Assembly: GCF_963921235.1 (NCBI RefSeq)
Contig: NC_086097.1
Coordinates: forward strand, 76,820,001 to 76,884,000
Reading direction: 5' to 3'
Origin: Mobula hypostoma
Taxonomy: Eukaryota
Length of the DNA: 64,000 nt
The notes beneath the pieces were generated by a model. The model saw nothing but the letters and a program-made list of their open reading frames with translations. It was not told the origin of the DNA and did no database searches. The translations under genes and the position numbers were made by a program. Shown piece after piece: positions 1-13,579 of the stretch (position 1 is the stretch's first letter; each line of letters begins with the position of its first letter).

Positions 1-513
1 TCATTGAATTGATTAAATAATATAGTTACTAATTTGAAGCATTCAAATGAGCTGTTTTGCAAGGAAATTCTTCTATTTTAATTGTTGAATATTTGGGTAA
101 TTTTCACATTTCATTACCTTTGTGCACTAGACGTCAAAGTGAAAATTAGTAAACTTTACAAAATTAAACTTTACTAAACATTGCATTGTTTAAATTCCAG
201 TGACTTGGGTAATTCCTTGCTAATTTAATTAATATGATACACAGAGACCCCATAATACCTAGATTTTCATTTAATCCTCAATAGAAGAAGAAGGCCCAAA
301 ATCACATGTATGTAGGTTTATCCATCTGTAATATAATGTTATAATTATGTATGTTTAGATGTCGTGATTATCTATTGATTTGTAAACTAGGAAAGTCCTT
401 TACAACCATCTGGAATATTGCACTATTGTCATATTTCTTTAACTCTCATTATTGCCATGCATTTTAGTTTTGCCTGATGAGCCATAATGAGGTATATTTA
501 TCATATTTTTCAG

Positions 514-1321
514 GTCAATAGACATTCTTGAGCTAATTGAAAATCAAGACCTCATGAAGTTCCATTACCATACACTGAAACTGTACTGTGCCTTGTGTGC
601 CGTGGGCAACAACCGCGTAGCCCATGCACTTTGTAGCCACATCGATCAATCTCAACTATTGTATACAATTGATAATAAATATCTGCCAGGGCTTCTACGC
701 AGTGGATTCTATGACCTCTTCTTAAGTATGCACCTTGAATCAGCTAAAGAAGCTAGATTAATTATGAACAACGAATTCATTATTCCTGTAACTGATGAAA
801 CCAGGAGTATAACACTGTTTCCAAAAAATAATCGGACTTATGGACTTCCCGGTGTTGGACTCAGCACCTGTTTGAGACCTCGATTAAACTTTTCATTGCC
901 ATGTTTTGTTAGCACCAGTGACGATAGACGTCAATACAGCCCGAAGTTGCCATTTAATATTCTTAAGGTCAAAGCAATCGAAATGCTCACAGAGGCTGTA
1001 ACGGGTGGTGGACCACACATTCGAGACCCAGTGGGGGGAAGTGTGGAATTTCAGTTAGTTCCTATTCTCAAGCTGATTAAAACCATGCTGATCATAGGCA
1101 TATTTGATGATAATGATGTCCAAAAAATTCTGCTACTGATTGATTCTGACTTGTTTGGCGAACACCAAGAGGAGAGAGTGGATGAAGATAAAACAGAGAA
1201 AGAGATTGTCACTAAAAATGAAGAGAAGGCTATAGAGGCTGGAGAAGCAGTAACGCAAGTGACTCAACCCGCTTTCAAAGGACTGCTGGAGAAAAGTTTG
1301 CCAGAGTCTGTTAAACTTCAG
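514..1321 (+). CDS. RYR3: RyR exon A (808 nt): SIDILELIENQDLMKFHYHTL...LPESVKLQ
   Basis: tttttcag acceptor (511-513), CAG|gtac donor; contains ORF 554.. with ALGNNRVAHALCSH-like and HIRDPVGGSVEFQ motifs. Confidence 0.95.
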
Positions 1322-3610
1322 GTACAATACACCAGTACAATTTCTGCACTGTGTGGCAAACTAATGCATATTTTGTGCTTATTTTTGTTTTAGAGGACCT
1401 GAAAGATTAATGGAAAGCTTAGGGAACAGTGCATTACCCAGGAAATTATAGTGTATGGAGGAACTTACTGTAGAAGTTTGCCCAGAAAATTTGTTTTACA
1501 AATGGAAGAGCTAAATGAACAGATTGAAAACAAATTAATGGCTGTGATCTGCAGCAGTAATGCCAACAGCAACTGTGAAAGTTAGGGAAACACCAATGTG
1601 TGAGGGACTTCCACACTACTCATTCAGGCATCTGCTGGAAGCCTAAAGGTTTGCACATCTGGTCTTGGCACTCCTAATTTTGACTCCTTGTGATCTTCCT
1701 GTCAAGTCCAAAGCCAGAGTGCCCCTTTCTACAACATGCCCTGCATATTTGCTGGGAAATCCTTCAGTGTCACGTATGCACTTGTAGGAGGCTGGAAATT
1801 CAGAGGGTCACCTGATTGGAAAAGTTTCCACATAAAGGGTTAGGAAAACGAATAGTTGTGAGCAGAGAGCAGAATTTGAGAGGCTACACCAGCTAGACAC
1901 TAAGGCAGCCAAAGAAGCAGGCAAAATCTAAATAAAGCTCTGAAGATGTTTGGTATGCATAGTGTCTATTAGCTGGACCTAATTACTGCTGGAAGAGCAA
2001 TGACACCATAGTGCCACCTATTGGGCAAAACCCAAAACTGCAGTGCTGGCATTGATGTCATTTGCATAAACTTCAGGTTGCAGGAAGTGGGGATGGGAGT
2101 TTTTCCATTATAAGTATGGATATTGATGGGTGTCAAAGTTTATTCAGGTCACTACATATTAATATCATGCTGAACTTTAACAGTCAGTGATCTTTGAAAT
2201 TGACTGCAATGCTCATCTGAGTGAATAACTTGCTGATAGCTGAAGAATAATCACTTGAAATTAGTTGGGGTTTTGCAGACATCCCACCCTGCAAAAACTC
2301 ATTTCAGGGAGGTAGCACCACCACTCTGCCCCCTGCAACCCCATATCACTCCCCCCCCCACCCTCGGTCGACCTCCAAGGGTGTATGTATACACGACATT
2401 TGATTATGAAAGAACACAACAATTTGTTTGATCACATATTGAAACTATTTGCACAGAAATAGAGGGAGAGGAAATTATGAAACAAACAATGCCCTAAAGT
2501 AGATATATTTATCTAAAAGAAACATGCTGGTTTAACTTGGTGAGTTTTAAACTGGAAAGAAACTGATCAAACACAATCCCCAATAGAGCACAGTAAAATC
2601 ATACTGATTTTGTTTATAGAGAAAAATATTTTCCAATGATTCAGCTGCTCAGGCCAGTGAACATTTACACAGGCCGTTCCCAACCCCAGCCCCTCTTCCC
2701 ATTTATATTGCACTATTTGACTTTATTTTCAAATGTTTTCTCAAGATGCGGGTGTCAGTGACAAGCCGAGTGTTAATTGGCGACTACTTCATTGCTACAT
2801 CTAAATTCTGGGCCTACTTAGCCAGTAGCATTATGTGAACACTTTTACCAGAAGATGGCTCACTGCTATGACCCGGAGGCAGCTGGGAGTGAGGAATAAA
2901 TGCTGACAGTCCAGCACGGATCCTGAAAAATGAATAAATATCAACAAGGGACTCAACAATATATTTTGTACTTGAATATCTAGTCAGATTAATAGGATCC
3001 GTTTGGGTAAGATTATGGAACATGGTAATTTGAAGAGCCTCTTTACAAATATAATTTAAGCTATAATTACTCAGACTTTACACACTACAGAATGCTGACT
3101 GTCAGTTCATTGCTTAACTGTTCCTGCAGCAAACTGCATTTCATTTTACAAAACCAAAGTGTTGATCCTGACCAGTTTATGATTTGTTTAATTTTGAACT
3201 GGCATTTATTTCCATCTACAGTAGAGGGACAAACACTGAATAGGAGAGCAAAATGTCTAAACTATTGGATTAGATTTTAGATTTTGGACAATTGAATTGG
3301 GACAACCCCGTAATTTTGGTAAATAAGAATCTGGTATTTATGATGGCACTCAGATTGCCATGGAAACCAATTAGGAAGGAAATCTTCTGTTCTCTCCCGG
3401 TCAATACAGGACTTCTGATTCAAAGTAATGTGATTAAAATTGTTTAATAAGCCAATCAATTCAAGGAATATTTAGAGAAATAATAAGAAGAAGAATAACA
3501 ATAATAGCTTATTTACAGAGGTGCTTTACTATGGGATAAAATGCAAACATGAAAATTAAGGACAGAAGGATATTAGTTAAAAGCAAAGTTAAATAAATAT
3601 GTTTTGAGCT

Positions 3611-5692
3611 TGTGGAGTTCTGTATAGGTACGTTCCAATGAGACAGGGAAGTTATGGCAGGGTACAGGAACCGTGGTATACAAAGGCTGTAATAAATCTA
3701 GTCAAGAAGAAAAGAAAAGCTTACAACAGGTTCAGAGAGCTAGGTAATGTTAGAGATCTAGAAGATTATAAGGCTAATAGGAAGGAGCTTAAGAAGGAAA
3801 TTAGGAGAGCCAGAAGGGGCCATGAGAAGGCCTTGGCGGGCAGGATTAAGGAAAACCCCAAGGCATTCTAGAAGTATGTGAAGAACAAGAGGATAAGACG
3901 TGAAAGAATAGGAACTATCAAGTGTCACAGTGGAAAAGTGTGTATGGAACTGGAGGAAACAACAGAGGTACTTAATGCAACTCACAAAAAAAGTGCTGGT
4001 GAACGCAGCAGGCCAGGCAGCATCTATAGGAAGAGGTACATTCGACGTTTCGGGCCGAGACTCTTTGTCAGGACTTAATGAATACTTTACTTCAGTATTC
4101 ACTATGGAAAAGGATCTTGGTGATTATAGTGATGACTTGCAGCAGACTGAAAAGCTTGAGCATGTAGATATTAAGAAAGAGGATGTGCTGGATTTTTTGG
4201 AAAGCATCAAGTTGGATAGGTCACCTGGACCAGATGAGATGTACCCCAGGCTACTGTGGGAGGAGAGGGAGGAGATTGCTGAGCCTCTGGCGATGATCTT
4301 TGCATCATCAATGGGGATGGGAGAGGTTCTGGAGGACTGGAGGGTTGCGAATGTTGTTCAATTATTCAAGAAAGGGAGTAGAGATAGTCCAGGAAATTAT
4401 AGACCAGTGAGTCTTACTTCAGTGGTTGGTAAGTTGATGGAGAAGATCCTGAGAGAAAGGATTTATGAACATTTAGAGAGGTATAATATGATTAGAAGTG
4501 ATCAACATGGCTTTGTCAAGGGCAGGTCATGCCTTACCAGCCTGATTGAATTTTTTGAGGATGTTACTAAACACATTGATGAAGGAAGAGCAGTAGATGT
4601 ATTGTATATGCAAGGTATTTGATAAGGCACCCCATATAAGGCTTATTGAGAAAGTAAAGAGACATGGGATCCAAGGGGACATTGTTTTGTGGATCCAGAA
4701 CTGGCTTGCCCACAGAAGGCAAAGAGTGGTTGTAGATGAGTCATATTCTGCATGGAGGTCGGTCACCAGTGGGGTGCCTTAGGGATCTGTTCTGGGACCC
4801 TTGATCTTTGTGATTTTTATAAATGACCTGGATGAAGAATTGGAGGGATGGGTTAGTAAGTTTGCTGATGACACAAAGGTTGGAGGTGTTGTGGATAGTG
4901 TGGAGTGCTGTCAGAGGTTACAACGGGACATTGATAGGATGCAAAACTGACAGAATATAGTATTAATGGTAAGACGCTTGGCAGTGTGGAAGATCAGAGG
5001 GATCTTGGGGTCCGAGTTCATAGGACATTCAAAGCAGCTGCGCAGGTTGACTCTGTGGTTAAGAAGGTGTACGGTGGATTGGACTTCATCAATCATGGAA
5101 TTGAATTTAGAAGCCAAGAGGTAATGTTACAGCTATATAGGACCCTGGTCAGACCCCACTTGGAGTATTGTGCTCAGTTCTGGTTGTCTCACTACAGGAA
5201 GAATGTGAAAGCCATAGAAAGGGTGCAGAGGAGATTTACAAGGATGTTGCCTGGATTGGGGAGCATGCCTTATGAGGATAGGTTGAGTGAACTCGGCCTT
5301 TTCTCCTTAGAGCGACGGAGGATGAGAGGTGAACTGATAGAGGTTTATAAAATGATGAGAGGCATTGATCGTGTGTATAGTCAGAGGCTTTATCCCAGGG
5401 CTGAAATGGTTGCCACAAGAAGACACAGGTTAAAGGTGCTGGGGAGTAGGTACAGAGGAGATGTCAGGGGTAAGTTTTTTACTTAGAGTGGTGAGTGCGT
5501 GTAATGGGCTGCTGGCGATGGTGGTGGAGGCGGATACGATAGGGTCTCTTAAGAGATATTTAGATAGGTACATGGAAAATAGAGGGCTATAGTTAAGCCT
5601 AGTAATTTATAAGGTAGGGACATGTTCGGCACAACTTTGTGGGCCGAAGGGCCTGTATTGTGCTGTAGATTTTCTATGTTTCTATGTTTCTA
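3611..5692 (+). mobile_element. CR1-clade LINE, 5'-truncated, degenerate ORF2 (RT) with 3' tail
   Basis: SPGPD, NYRPVSLTSVVGK, QHGF..GRSCLT, SKFADDTK and LVRPHLEYC motifs with stops and deletions; (TTTCTATG)n tail. Confidence 0.92.
3978..4072 (-). mobile_element. 95-nt Penelope-like terminal fragment inserted in the CR1 copy
   Basis: Similar to 55505-55600; flanked by duplicated ACTTAATG (3970-3977 and 4073-4080); absent from the sister CR1 copy at about 29460. Confidence 0.85.
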
Positions 5693-6586
5693 AAGATACA
5701 GGAAGCCAATGCAGAGTAGCTAGGACAAGAGTGATACCCTCTCTCATCCTGGTTTTCTTTCACATCTAGCAGTGCCGTTCTGAATGAGTTGAAGCCTGTC
5801 AATGGATTGCTTTGGAAGGCGATTAAAAAGTGCATTGCAGTAATATGATCTATTTTATATAAGGAGCGTGTCAGTTTTTCAGTATCATTACATGACAGAA
5901 ATAGGTGTACCTTTGCAATGTTTCTTAAGTGTAGACATGCTGCTTTGGTCACTGTCTTTATAAGGGATTTAAAATTCAAATCAATATTTGCTGTATTGGG
6001 TACAGCTAATACTTGCCAGACTTAAAAGTGATGTTCACAAGACATGAATGAACTAAAAGGTGTAATTTTAGTTAAACAGATTGTTTGGAGACAATTGGGC
6101 ACTGTGGTAGAAATGGTTAAAACTAGTGTCTGATGGGATATTTGACCATTCTGGAGCAGCTGATGTGTGTCGAGAATAACCTTGGATGATAAGTGCAGTA
6201 CCAGGAACTCCAATAAACAAGATGCTAGGCCCTTGGAACCAGGAGGGAGGGTGCCTCTGGGGTAAAACATGAGTGCTGATAACAGGAAGCAGGAAGAACT
6301 GTTAGTCTGGTGCTGAGAGATAATTGACATGTCTTTTAAACAATTGATCATGTACTGACCATGGGATGCCAAACAAAGTTATATGAAGTCGTTTGTCTTG
6401 CTGTTTAAATATGAGCTCGGTATAACCTAAAAATCAGAGTTCTGGTGGTAGTGGAGACTGCTGCAGGCTCTCCATAATATCATGTTAATAAACTCTTAAA
6501 ATGAAACTCAAAGTCACTCTGGTGTTCTTAGTTAGGTTTCCACGACAGTCACTTACGTATGAAAAGCAATTTGTTCTCTTTTCTAG

Positions 6587-6787
6587 ATGTGCGAACTGCT
6601 TCACTACTTCTGTGACTGTGAACTCCGACATCGAGTGGAAGCCATTGCATCTTTTGCTGACAAGTTTGTTGTAAAGCTGCAAAGGAACCAAAAGTTCCGG
6701 TATGAAGAACTTATGCTGGCCTTCGATATGTCGGCAGCCTTGACGGCCAGGAAGTCAAAAGAATTCCGTTCACCTCCTCAGGAGCAG
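6587..6787 (+). CDS. RYR3: RyR exon B (201 nt): [10 protein letters not shown]...EFRSPPQEQ
   Basis: ttttctag acceptor, CAG|gtaa donor, phase 0/0. Confidence 0.95.
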
Positions 6788-8317
6788 GTAATGTCCAACA
6801 TTTCTGTGAATGGGTTAATTTCATATAATTAACAGCATACCTGTCTTTGCTTTTGGGTATTTTAGAGACTGCACTGTAAAGGAAAGCTGCTGCTTCCAAA
6901 GAATCTAAAGTGGATTTCTTCAGGTGGCATGAGATAGTTTTTCATTCTAATCTTTTTGAATGCAATTGTAATTCCACTTTTACATCAATGCAGAGTGGTT
7001 CTGAGTGGGCATTGTTGCAAATCCAGCAATTTATTCATTGCTCCTAGAAAATATAGTAAGCCATTTACTGGAAAGTTCCCCTCAGGAGATTACTATGTAA
7101 TGATTTCAATATAGACCCTGTGTTTAGGATTTTCCTGCATAGGCAGTTTTCACAAGCAGTGTCCATGATGTCTACCAATGGTAACATCCTCCAGGGCAAT
7201 ATCTTCGGCATTCAAATTTCCCATTCAATTACATCTAAGCAGGTGCAAGTTTAGATGTGAGGTGGGGCCAGGACAGAGGGAGTCCAATTGCTGCCGGGAT
7301 CATAACAAGGTAAGTGCAAATACTTCACAGATCATTGAAGTAAGGTTTTATTGGTAGTAGGGGAAAATTTTTATTTTGATAATTTTTGATGAGTAGTGGT
7401 AAGATTAAAATAAATGATTTTGTAAGGACAGTAGACAATTTAAGTGGTCACTGTTTACTCATGGCCTTCTGTTGTTGAGTCTGTAAATGTTCATGACTTC
7501 TCCAGATTGAGTAATCACTGATCAAGGATTCCCAGAAATTGTTAGGGACGTTACACTTTTTCACAGAGAAGTGCCTTACTTCTGTCTTCCAGTGAATCTG
7601 CCATTACTGAGCTCAGAGTGGGATGCTCCCTCCCAGAGCAAGCGGACAATGTGGTCTGCCCATCAGAACTGGTTGAGCATGACCACAGCTTCACTCTTGG
7701 GAATTGTGGTCAGGGAGAGGACACTGACATTGAGTGCCAATCCTGTCAAAGGATTTGTATTATTTTGTAGAGACTGTGATGGTGATATTTCTCCTGTGCT
7801 GTGAGGAGCTGCTCTAGGTTGTCTACAGTTAGTTGACCACAAGCTTGATACCAGAGCACTTGGAGTTTTCTACTTCCATGAATTTAGTGGAATTGTACAG
7901 AATTATTAACAATAAAAATTAGCACAGTGGTTTAAAGCGTTGAGTAAGTATACACATGACATTGTGATCAATGGGTTGAATCATTCATTTGAGCATCTGC
8001 CAGCAACTCACCAATAGTTTGAGATAACAACATGCATCACTTGCTGCTCTGGATGAATGGCCAACTCAATTTATCAGGAGTACCTTGGGGAGATCACATG
8101 ATAGTGCATTGACCTTGGAGATTCAGCAGCTTGGAGCTTTTCCCATTGGTTACCTTCTTTTAGGCTGAAGAGGAGCTTGCTGGCCATACCACACCAAACA
8201 AGGGACCAACTGAGGAATATTAGGGTTTTGTGGGGCAATTATTTGGGAGGAAGGGCATACTTTGAAAATATGTTTTTTAATTAACCTAGAAGCTGACTTT
8301 AAAGTACATACTGTATG

Positions 8318-9290
8318 TCTTAAGTAGTCTCTCAGGATTGAGGGTGGTTTTCTTCCACTCTGGTGGTGTGGGTTCACTGAGACAAATGCAGGAACAACAG
8401 ACTCTTCTATAGATGATGAGTGGATCCGAAGTTTCCAGTAACATCTCTGTTTTGAATGGCTACGTGCCTGGGATTGCAAGGTGTCAATTGAGATGTTGCA
8501 CTTTTGTCGAGGAGGATTTGAATGCATCTTCGAATCTTTTCCTCCATCCGCTTCGTAACCTCTTGGTGACTATTTCAAAATAGAGTGTATCCAGACTGGA
8601 ATATGAAGCAGTGAATAGCCCGACTTGCCCAATAGTCCAAAATGCATGCAAATGGCTCGGTGCTTGGAGATTGGCCTTGGGTGCTGGGTCACATATCCTT
8701 CCCGGAGATGTGAAGGAGTTTGTACACAAATGTTGCCCGTGAGATACTGAGTGGGAAGAAGTACCTTTGTGAGGCTGAGATGTTCGATCTTGATCTACCT
8801 GTAGCGACATTGTTGTTTTAGGGCCGTGTTGAAGGAACAAAGTGTTTGTTGACAGAACTGTTCTCCAAGCATTGTGTCAAGATAAGGACTCCACTGCAGT
8901 ATGCCTTTTCTTCTCCCTCCTTGAAGATCACACCATGACACAGAACTGCATTCTTTTCCAGTCATGCAGTGAAGGTGTCCAGGAGGATCAGATTGTCCCT
9001 GGAATGTAGACCAGGATGTTTCTCAAGGACGAGTGGAAGTCCTCCATAACCTCATCCATGTTTTACAGGGTCAAGGTGTAGGCTCTGGTTCTGTGTCAGA
9101 GTGAGCCCATGGGCCACAAGGTGTACTAGTACCGCTGAAGGCATAGCTAAGATGCCAGGCTATTGTTGGTGGTGAAACCCATTCCCTGAAGACAATGCTG
9201 ATCTTTCAGATTATGGCTGCAGATGAAGGCATACCTACTGCTTTAATCTTTAAACTAGCCATCTGCTGCCCATCAGATCTCACTTAGGAG
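8318..9290 (-). mobile_element. Old RTE-clade LINE fragment
   Basis: Minus ORF 8484..8840 ends LYFEI...R.RSG.RKRFEDAFK.S, resembling the RTE C-terminal motif; boundaries approximate. Confidence 0.55.
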
Positions 9291-10655
9291 AGCAATGTTA
9301 TTGTCAAAATGTCCAGGTTCCCCATAGTAATAATAACAGAACATCATTCAAATTTTTCAGCACTAACTTTCCAGATTGCAACCTTCAGACTATGGAGCGG
9401 ATGTTCTCTGTGTGTGATTTCCTATGCACACCAATTACCATGTGATCCCAGTTTCCCAGCTACACAACCTACCTGTGTAAAAAGTGTGAAGTGATACATT
9501 TAATGGAAATAATGAGGATAGACTGTATTAACAAATGACACATTTTAAAAGGCACAGAAACAACAGTATGTAGATATATATACAGAGATCTGTATGAAAT
9601 TAATTAAAGTATAAAATTAAAGTTGGAAAGATAAATTTTTAGAATATCTTAAATGTGTTCTTGGGATGCCTGGAAGCTAAACAAATCCATTGAAAACATA
9701 AGTAAGAAAGTTTGGCTGGAACCTTTTCAAAACACTAGTTAGACCACAACTGGTTTATTGCAGCCATTTCTAGCTATTGCATGTTCACATTTTGGAGACA
9801 GTGCAGATGACATGGCTGAACCTGTAGTTATATGCACAAGCTGCAGTTATTCTTTATAAGGGTTGAACAGTCTGTTTGGCACTTCATTAAAGTGTTCAAA
9901 ATCAGAACCTTTTGGCAGAGGTAAATATCCAGAAACTCTTTCCAGTAGGAGATAAGTCAGCAAACAAAATACGGATTTAGCAAAATTGATAATGTTAAGA
10001 AAGAAAAAGTCTTTACACGACAAGATTTTGTGGTCTGGAGAGTGACGTCTGAAAATGAAATAGGCTCATTAATTATCAATGTCCTTTTGAATATACAGTT
10101 GATTGGGAAAACAATCGCAGATATTTTAGAAAACAGCTGAAGATTAAGAGTTATCAGGTTACTGTATATAGCTTTGATTCTGAATCACGAGGATCCTATA
10201 CTAGGTAAATTCTATCATAGCCAAATTATTTTCTGCATCCATCTTTGCATACAATAACTAAAATGGGATTATCTTCCCCAAACTGAACTGAGAATAAGAC
10301 TGGACTAGCAGTTTCACATTACAAAAGTAAACAATCCTACAAACCACTATTGAATACAGGATGAAGAATTAAAGTAACTCAATATGTTTGAGAGTATACA
10401 TGTTGTGCACAGGTGCACTTCATGTTCCCATTTCAGAGCCTTTTCGATACAATGAGAAAACTATAGTTTTCCATTCAAATGAAACCTGTGGCAACTAACT
10501 GAATTGTATCCTCATGGAAAAAGAAAAGCCAATGGTCTGCAAACCTGCTCAGTGAAACTGCATTTTAAAAAACAGTATCAACACTGGTAACAAGTTATAT
10601 TTTAATAGCCTGTTCTTGCATACGTATCAGTTTGAGTTTTGATGTTTTCCTGCAG

Positions 10656-10758
10656 ATTAATATGCTACTGAACTTCAGGAGTGATGACGATTCCACCTGC
10701 CCCGAAGACATGCGTGAAGAGCTGTGTGACTTCCATGATGACCTTCAAACACATTGCG
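10656..10758 (+). CDS. RYR3: RyR exon C (103 nt): INMLLNFRSDDDSTCPEDMREELCDFHDDLQTHC(G)
   Basis: ttcctgcag acceptor, G|gtgagt donor; read by hand, not in ORF track. Confidence 0.93.
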
Positions 10759-12649
10759 GTGAGTAATGGGACTCTGAGGTCCCAGGGTATACCATTTCAG
10801 CTGTTCTGTTGAGCCAAGCTGCAGTGTTTATTTATAGTGATGGTAATGTTACCTTGTCCTCTTGCCAAATTAATAAATCAATGAATATGTCTAAGTAATG
10901 AAATTTAGGAAACAACTACTAAAGTATTAAAAGGCACAATGTACTAGTTTGGTGCTGGTGGCAATGTATCTGGTCAAGAGTACCGAAATTCAGATTCGAT
11001 ATCCACACAGGCATCTCTGAAGCTTGAGAAGTACACATATGATTCATCTCCAGTAGGCTGCTCAACTGATTCATCAAATAGAAGCTATCTTATTCCATTT
11101 GCTGATAGAGAAGAAATCGAATATAAACGAAGGTAATGCAGAAATAGTATATTGAGGCAACTTCGCCAAGCACTATTTGAGGTAGCTCGGGCTACTGGAA
11201 AACCTGCCATGTTGAAAATTCGTGCCTCCTCTTCAGCTGCTGTGGCCTTCCTCGAGGGAAAATTCTGTGGTTCCATATGCAAGCACAGACCCTATTATTT
11301 GCGCTTTGACTGTGGACAGTAAGCTGCCTGACGTAATCCTGTGACGCCATATGAGGAACCTGTAGCAACATGTGGGATGACCTTCATAACAAGCTAAGAG
11401 CTGTCTCAGAGGCTCTGGAGCAGCTGGCAATGAGGACACGTCTCATAATAGCTGGGAGTGATTTTTGTAGGCAGTTAATCCAGATCCTGTAGTATTAATG
11501 GTTCGCATGTGTCTTCGGAGGTGCCATTTATACCTGCATGTTAGGGTCTGAATCATGACACTGGAAAAATCTCTCTTACTCTATAAAGTCGTGAATGCAT
11601 TTGCATGAAATTCTGGTCGCTTGTATTACATCAGCAGACCAGTTCAACCAAACCTGAAATGCTGCCCTATCTTTCCTCCTTGAAAGACTAAAGACCCAGC
11701 ATTAATCTATTTCAAAGGCTGACAGTCCAGACAGCCGTCTTCCATTACAGGGTGTAATTATCTCTGATTGTCAGTTCTTTATTCAGATCAATAACCAACA
11801 CTTACTATCCAATCCATGGCGAACTTTTGCAGAAGCTGAGTCACCGGTCTGTTCCCTCTTCTGCTTGTGCCTCGATAATGATGGTGAAGTGGAGAGGAAT
11901 TGTAATGACAGAGAAAGCCTGTGAATGCCTGCTGGGTTTAGTGACAAGACTTCAATTCTGCTTCCCTTCCAGCGGTTGACCAGATTGAGAAGGCTGGCTA
12001 CCTACTGCGTGGGAAAGTCAGGGCTTGTCAGCTGGATAGCGCAAAGCAAAAGGAAAGGATTATGGCATGGTGTGTGTGACCATAAATGATGCTGGGGGCA
12101 CCACCACCTCATTTCCTGTCCTACATCCATTCGTTCATCTTCCGTGGGTCGAAATCCAGGAACTCTCTTTCCATCAGCATTGTGGAAGTATCTGCACCAG
12201 AAAGATGCAATAGTTGAAAGTCATGCACCACCACCATTCAGGATGGGCAATCAATCTTGCCATATCAGCAATGCCAAGATCCTTAAAAATGAATTAAACA
12301 GGAATTAATCCAATGTTGCAGCACTGCCAGGTGGCCGTCTAATTTTTAGGCATGCTTAATGTGGCTCCTAGCATGGCCTTTCCCACTGCTCATTGAAGCA
12401 ATGAATTCGTCATAGAGTCATAGAACACTATAGTACAGAAACAGGCTTTTCAGCTCATCTCGTCCGTGATGATCTTGTAGCTCACTTTCCATTTAAATGC
12501 AAAGAATTTTCAATTGCTCTTTATTGTGAGAGTCAATCACCCTGTGGACCCCTTCAATAATCATCATTTAGATCATCATTTTATTTAAGCACATTGAAGG
12601 AAATCACCCAGATATGGATTTCTAGAACGTCTAAATCATAGCTCCTATA

Positions 12650-13046
12650 TTATCATCATCATTATGTGCCTTGTCATATGATGTAGGTGATCATGGTGTT
12701 ATGATCATGATTGTTTTTTGCAAATTTTTCTGCAGAGGAAGGAAATGCTAAACCACTTCTGGGCAGTGTCTTTACAAGACAAGTGACGCCAGCCATTATC
12801 GATTTTCTTCACAGATTGTCTGCCTGGCGTCAGTGGTCGCATAACCAGTTCTTGTGATATGCACCAGCTGCTCATATGACCACCTACCACCTGCTCCCAT
12901 GACTTCATGTGACCCTGATCGGTTGGGGGGGGGGGCGGCTGGCTGAGCAGATCTTACACCTTGCCCAAGTGTGACCTGCAGGCTAGCGGAGGGAAGGAGT
13001 GTCTTACTCCTCCTTTGGCAGAGATATATCACCACCCCACCACCCA
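12650..13046 (-). mobile_element. Short non-autonomous retroelement (RTE-related SINE-like) with (TGA)n tail
   Basis: Probable TSD ATAGCTCCTATA (12638-12649) / ATAGCTTCTACA (13047-13058); short-repeat tail; non-coding. Confidence 0.65.
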
Positions 13047-13579
13047 ATAGCTTCTACAGTGATTATTATACTCATCATGATTATTACAAGTGACCAGTAT
13101 GATCCATTCTTAAGGATATGCATTATATATGACCAGCTTCTTTATTAAACCTTCTATGATAGGTCATTCATCCCCAACAGGTAGCTTCTTAGTAGCCATG
13201 TTTTGTCACCAGACCATTTGTGCTCTTATAGTAATCAACTCTTCCTGCATTTCCACAGAGGCTAACTGCTTTAGGAACAAATCGGTGGATCTTCACATCA
13301 GGCTGTGTGTTTATTATGCCCAGTCTGTGAGCTCAATTACTGGGGTCAGGGAGGGTTTACTTAATAGGTCAGAGGCATTTATTCTGTTGCAACATACTTG
13401 TATCAGTTGCATCAACATCAGAGTGCCATAAAAATAACACCCTCACACTTTTAAGTTTCAAAGAAAGTCAAGGTCTTCATAGATTTCAGAAATGCTCACC
13501 CTCAGGAGTGGTTCTCCTATCACTACAACTATATTTCTAGACAAGAAATAACTTAAACATATAAAAGATTCCTGTTAAT

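Larger units (their letters stand above)
3490..5980 (-). mobile_element. L2-clade LINE 3' relic, split by the CR1 insertion (pieces about 3490-3610 and 5693-5980)
   Basis: ORF 5674..5979 contains LHLRNIAKVHLFLS..DTEKL; minus strand near 3610 reads LKTYLFNFAF, an L2-like C-terminus. Confidence 0.65.

Noticed and set aside
554..1393. 279-aa ORF as a standalone gene
   Set aside because: It is internal exon A reading through the donor at 1322; the ATG is internal
3930..4622. 230-aa ORF as a novel fusion protein
   Set aside because: Chance frame joining of a Penelope tail insert with a dead CR1 ORF2
12930..13046. HDV-like ribozyme at the 5' end of the RTE-like element
   Set aside because: I could not build the P1/P1.1/P2/P3 double pseudoknot by eye; a descriptor search is needed
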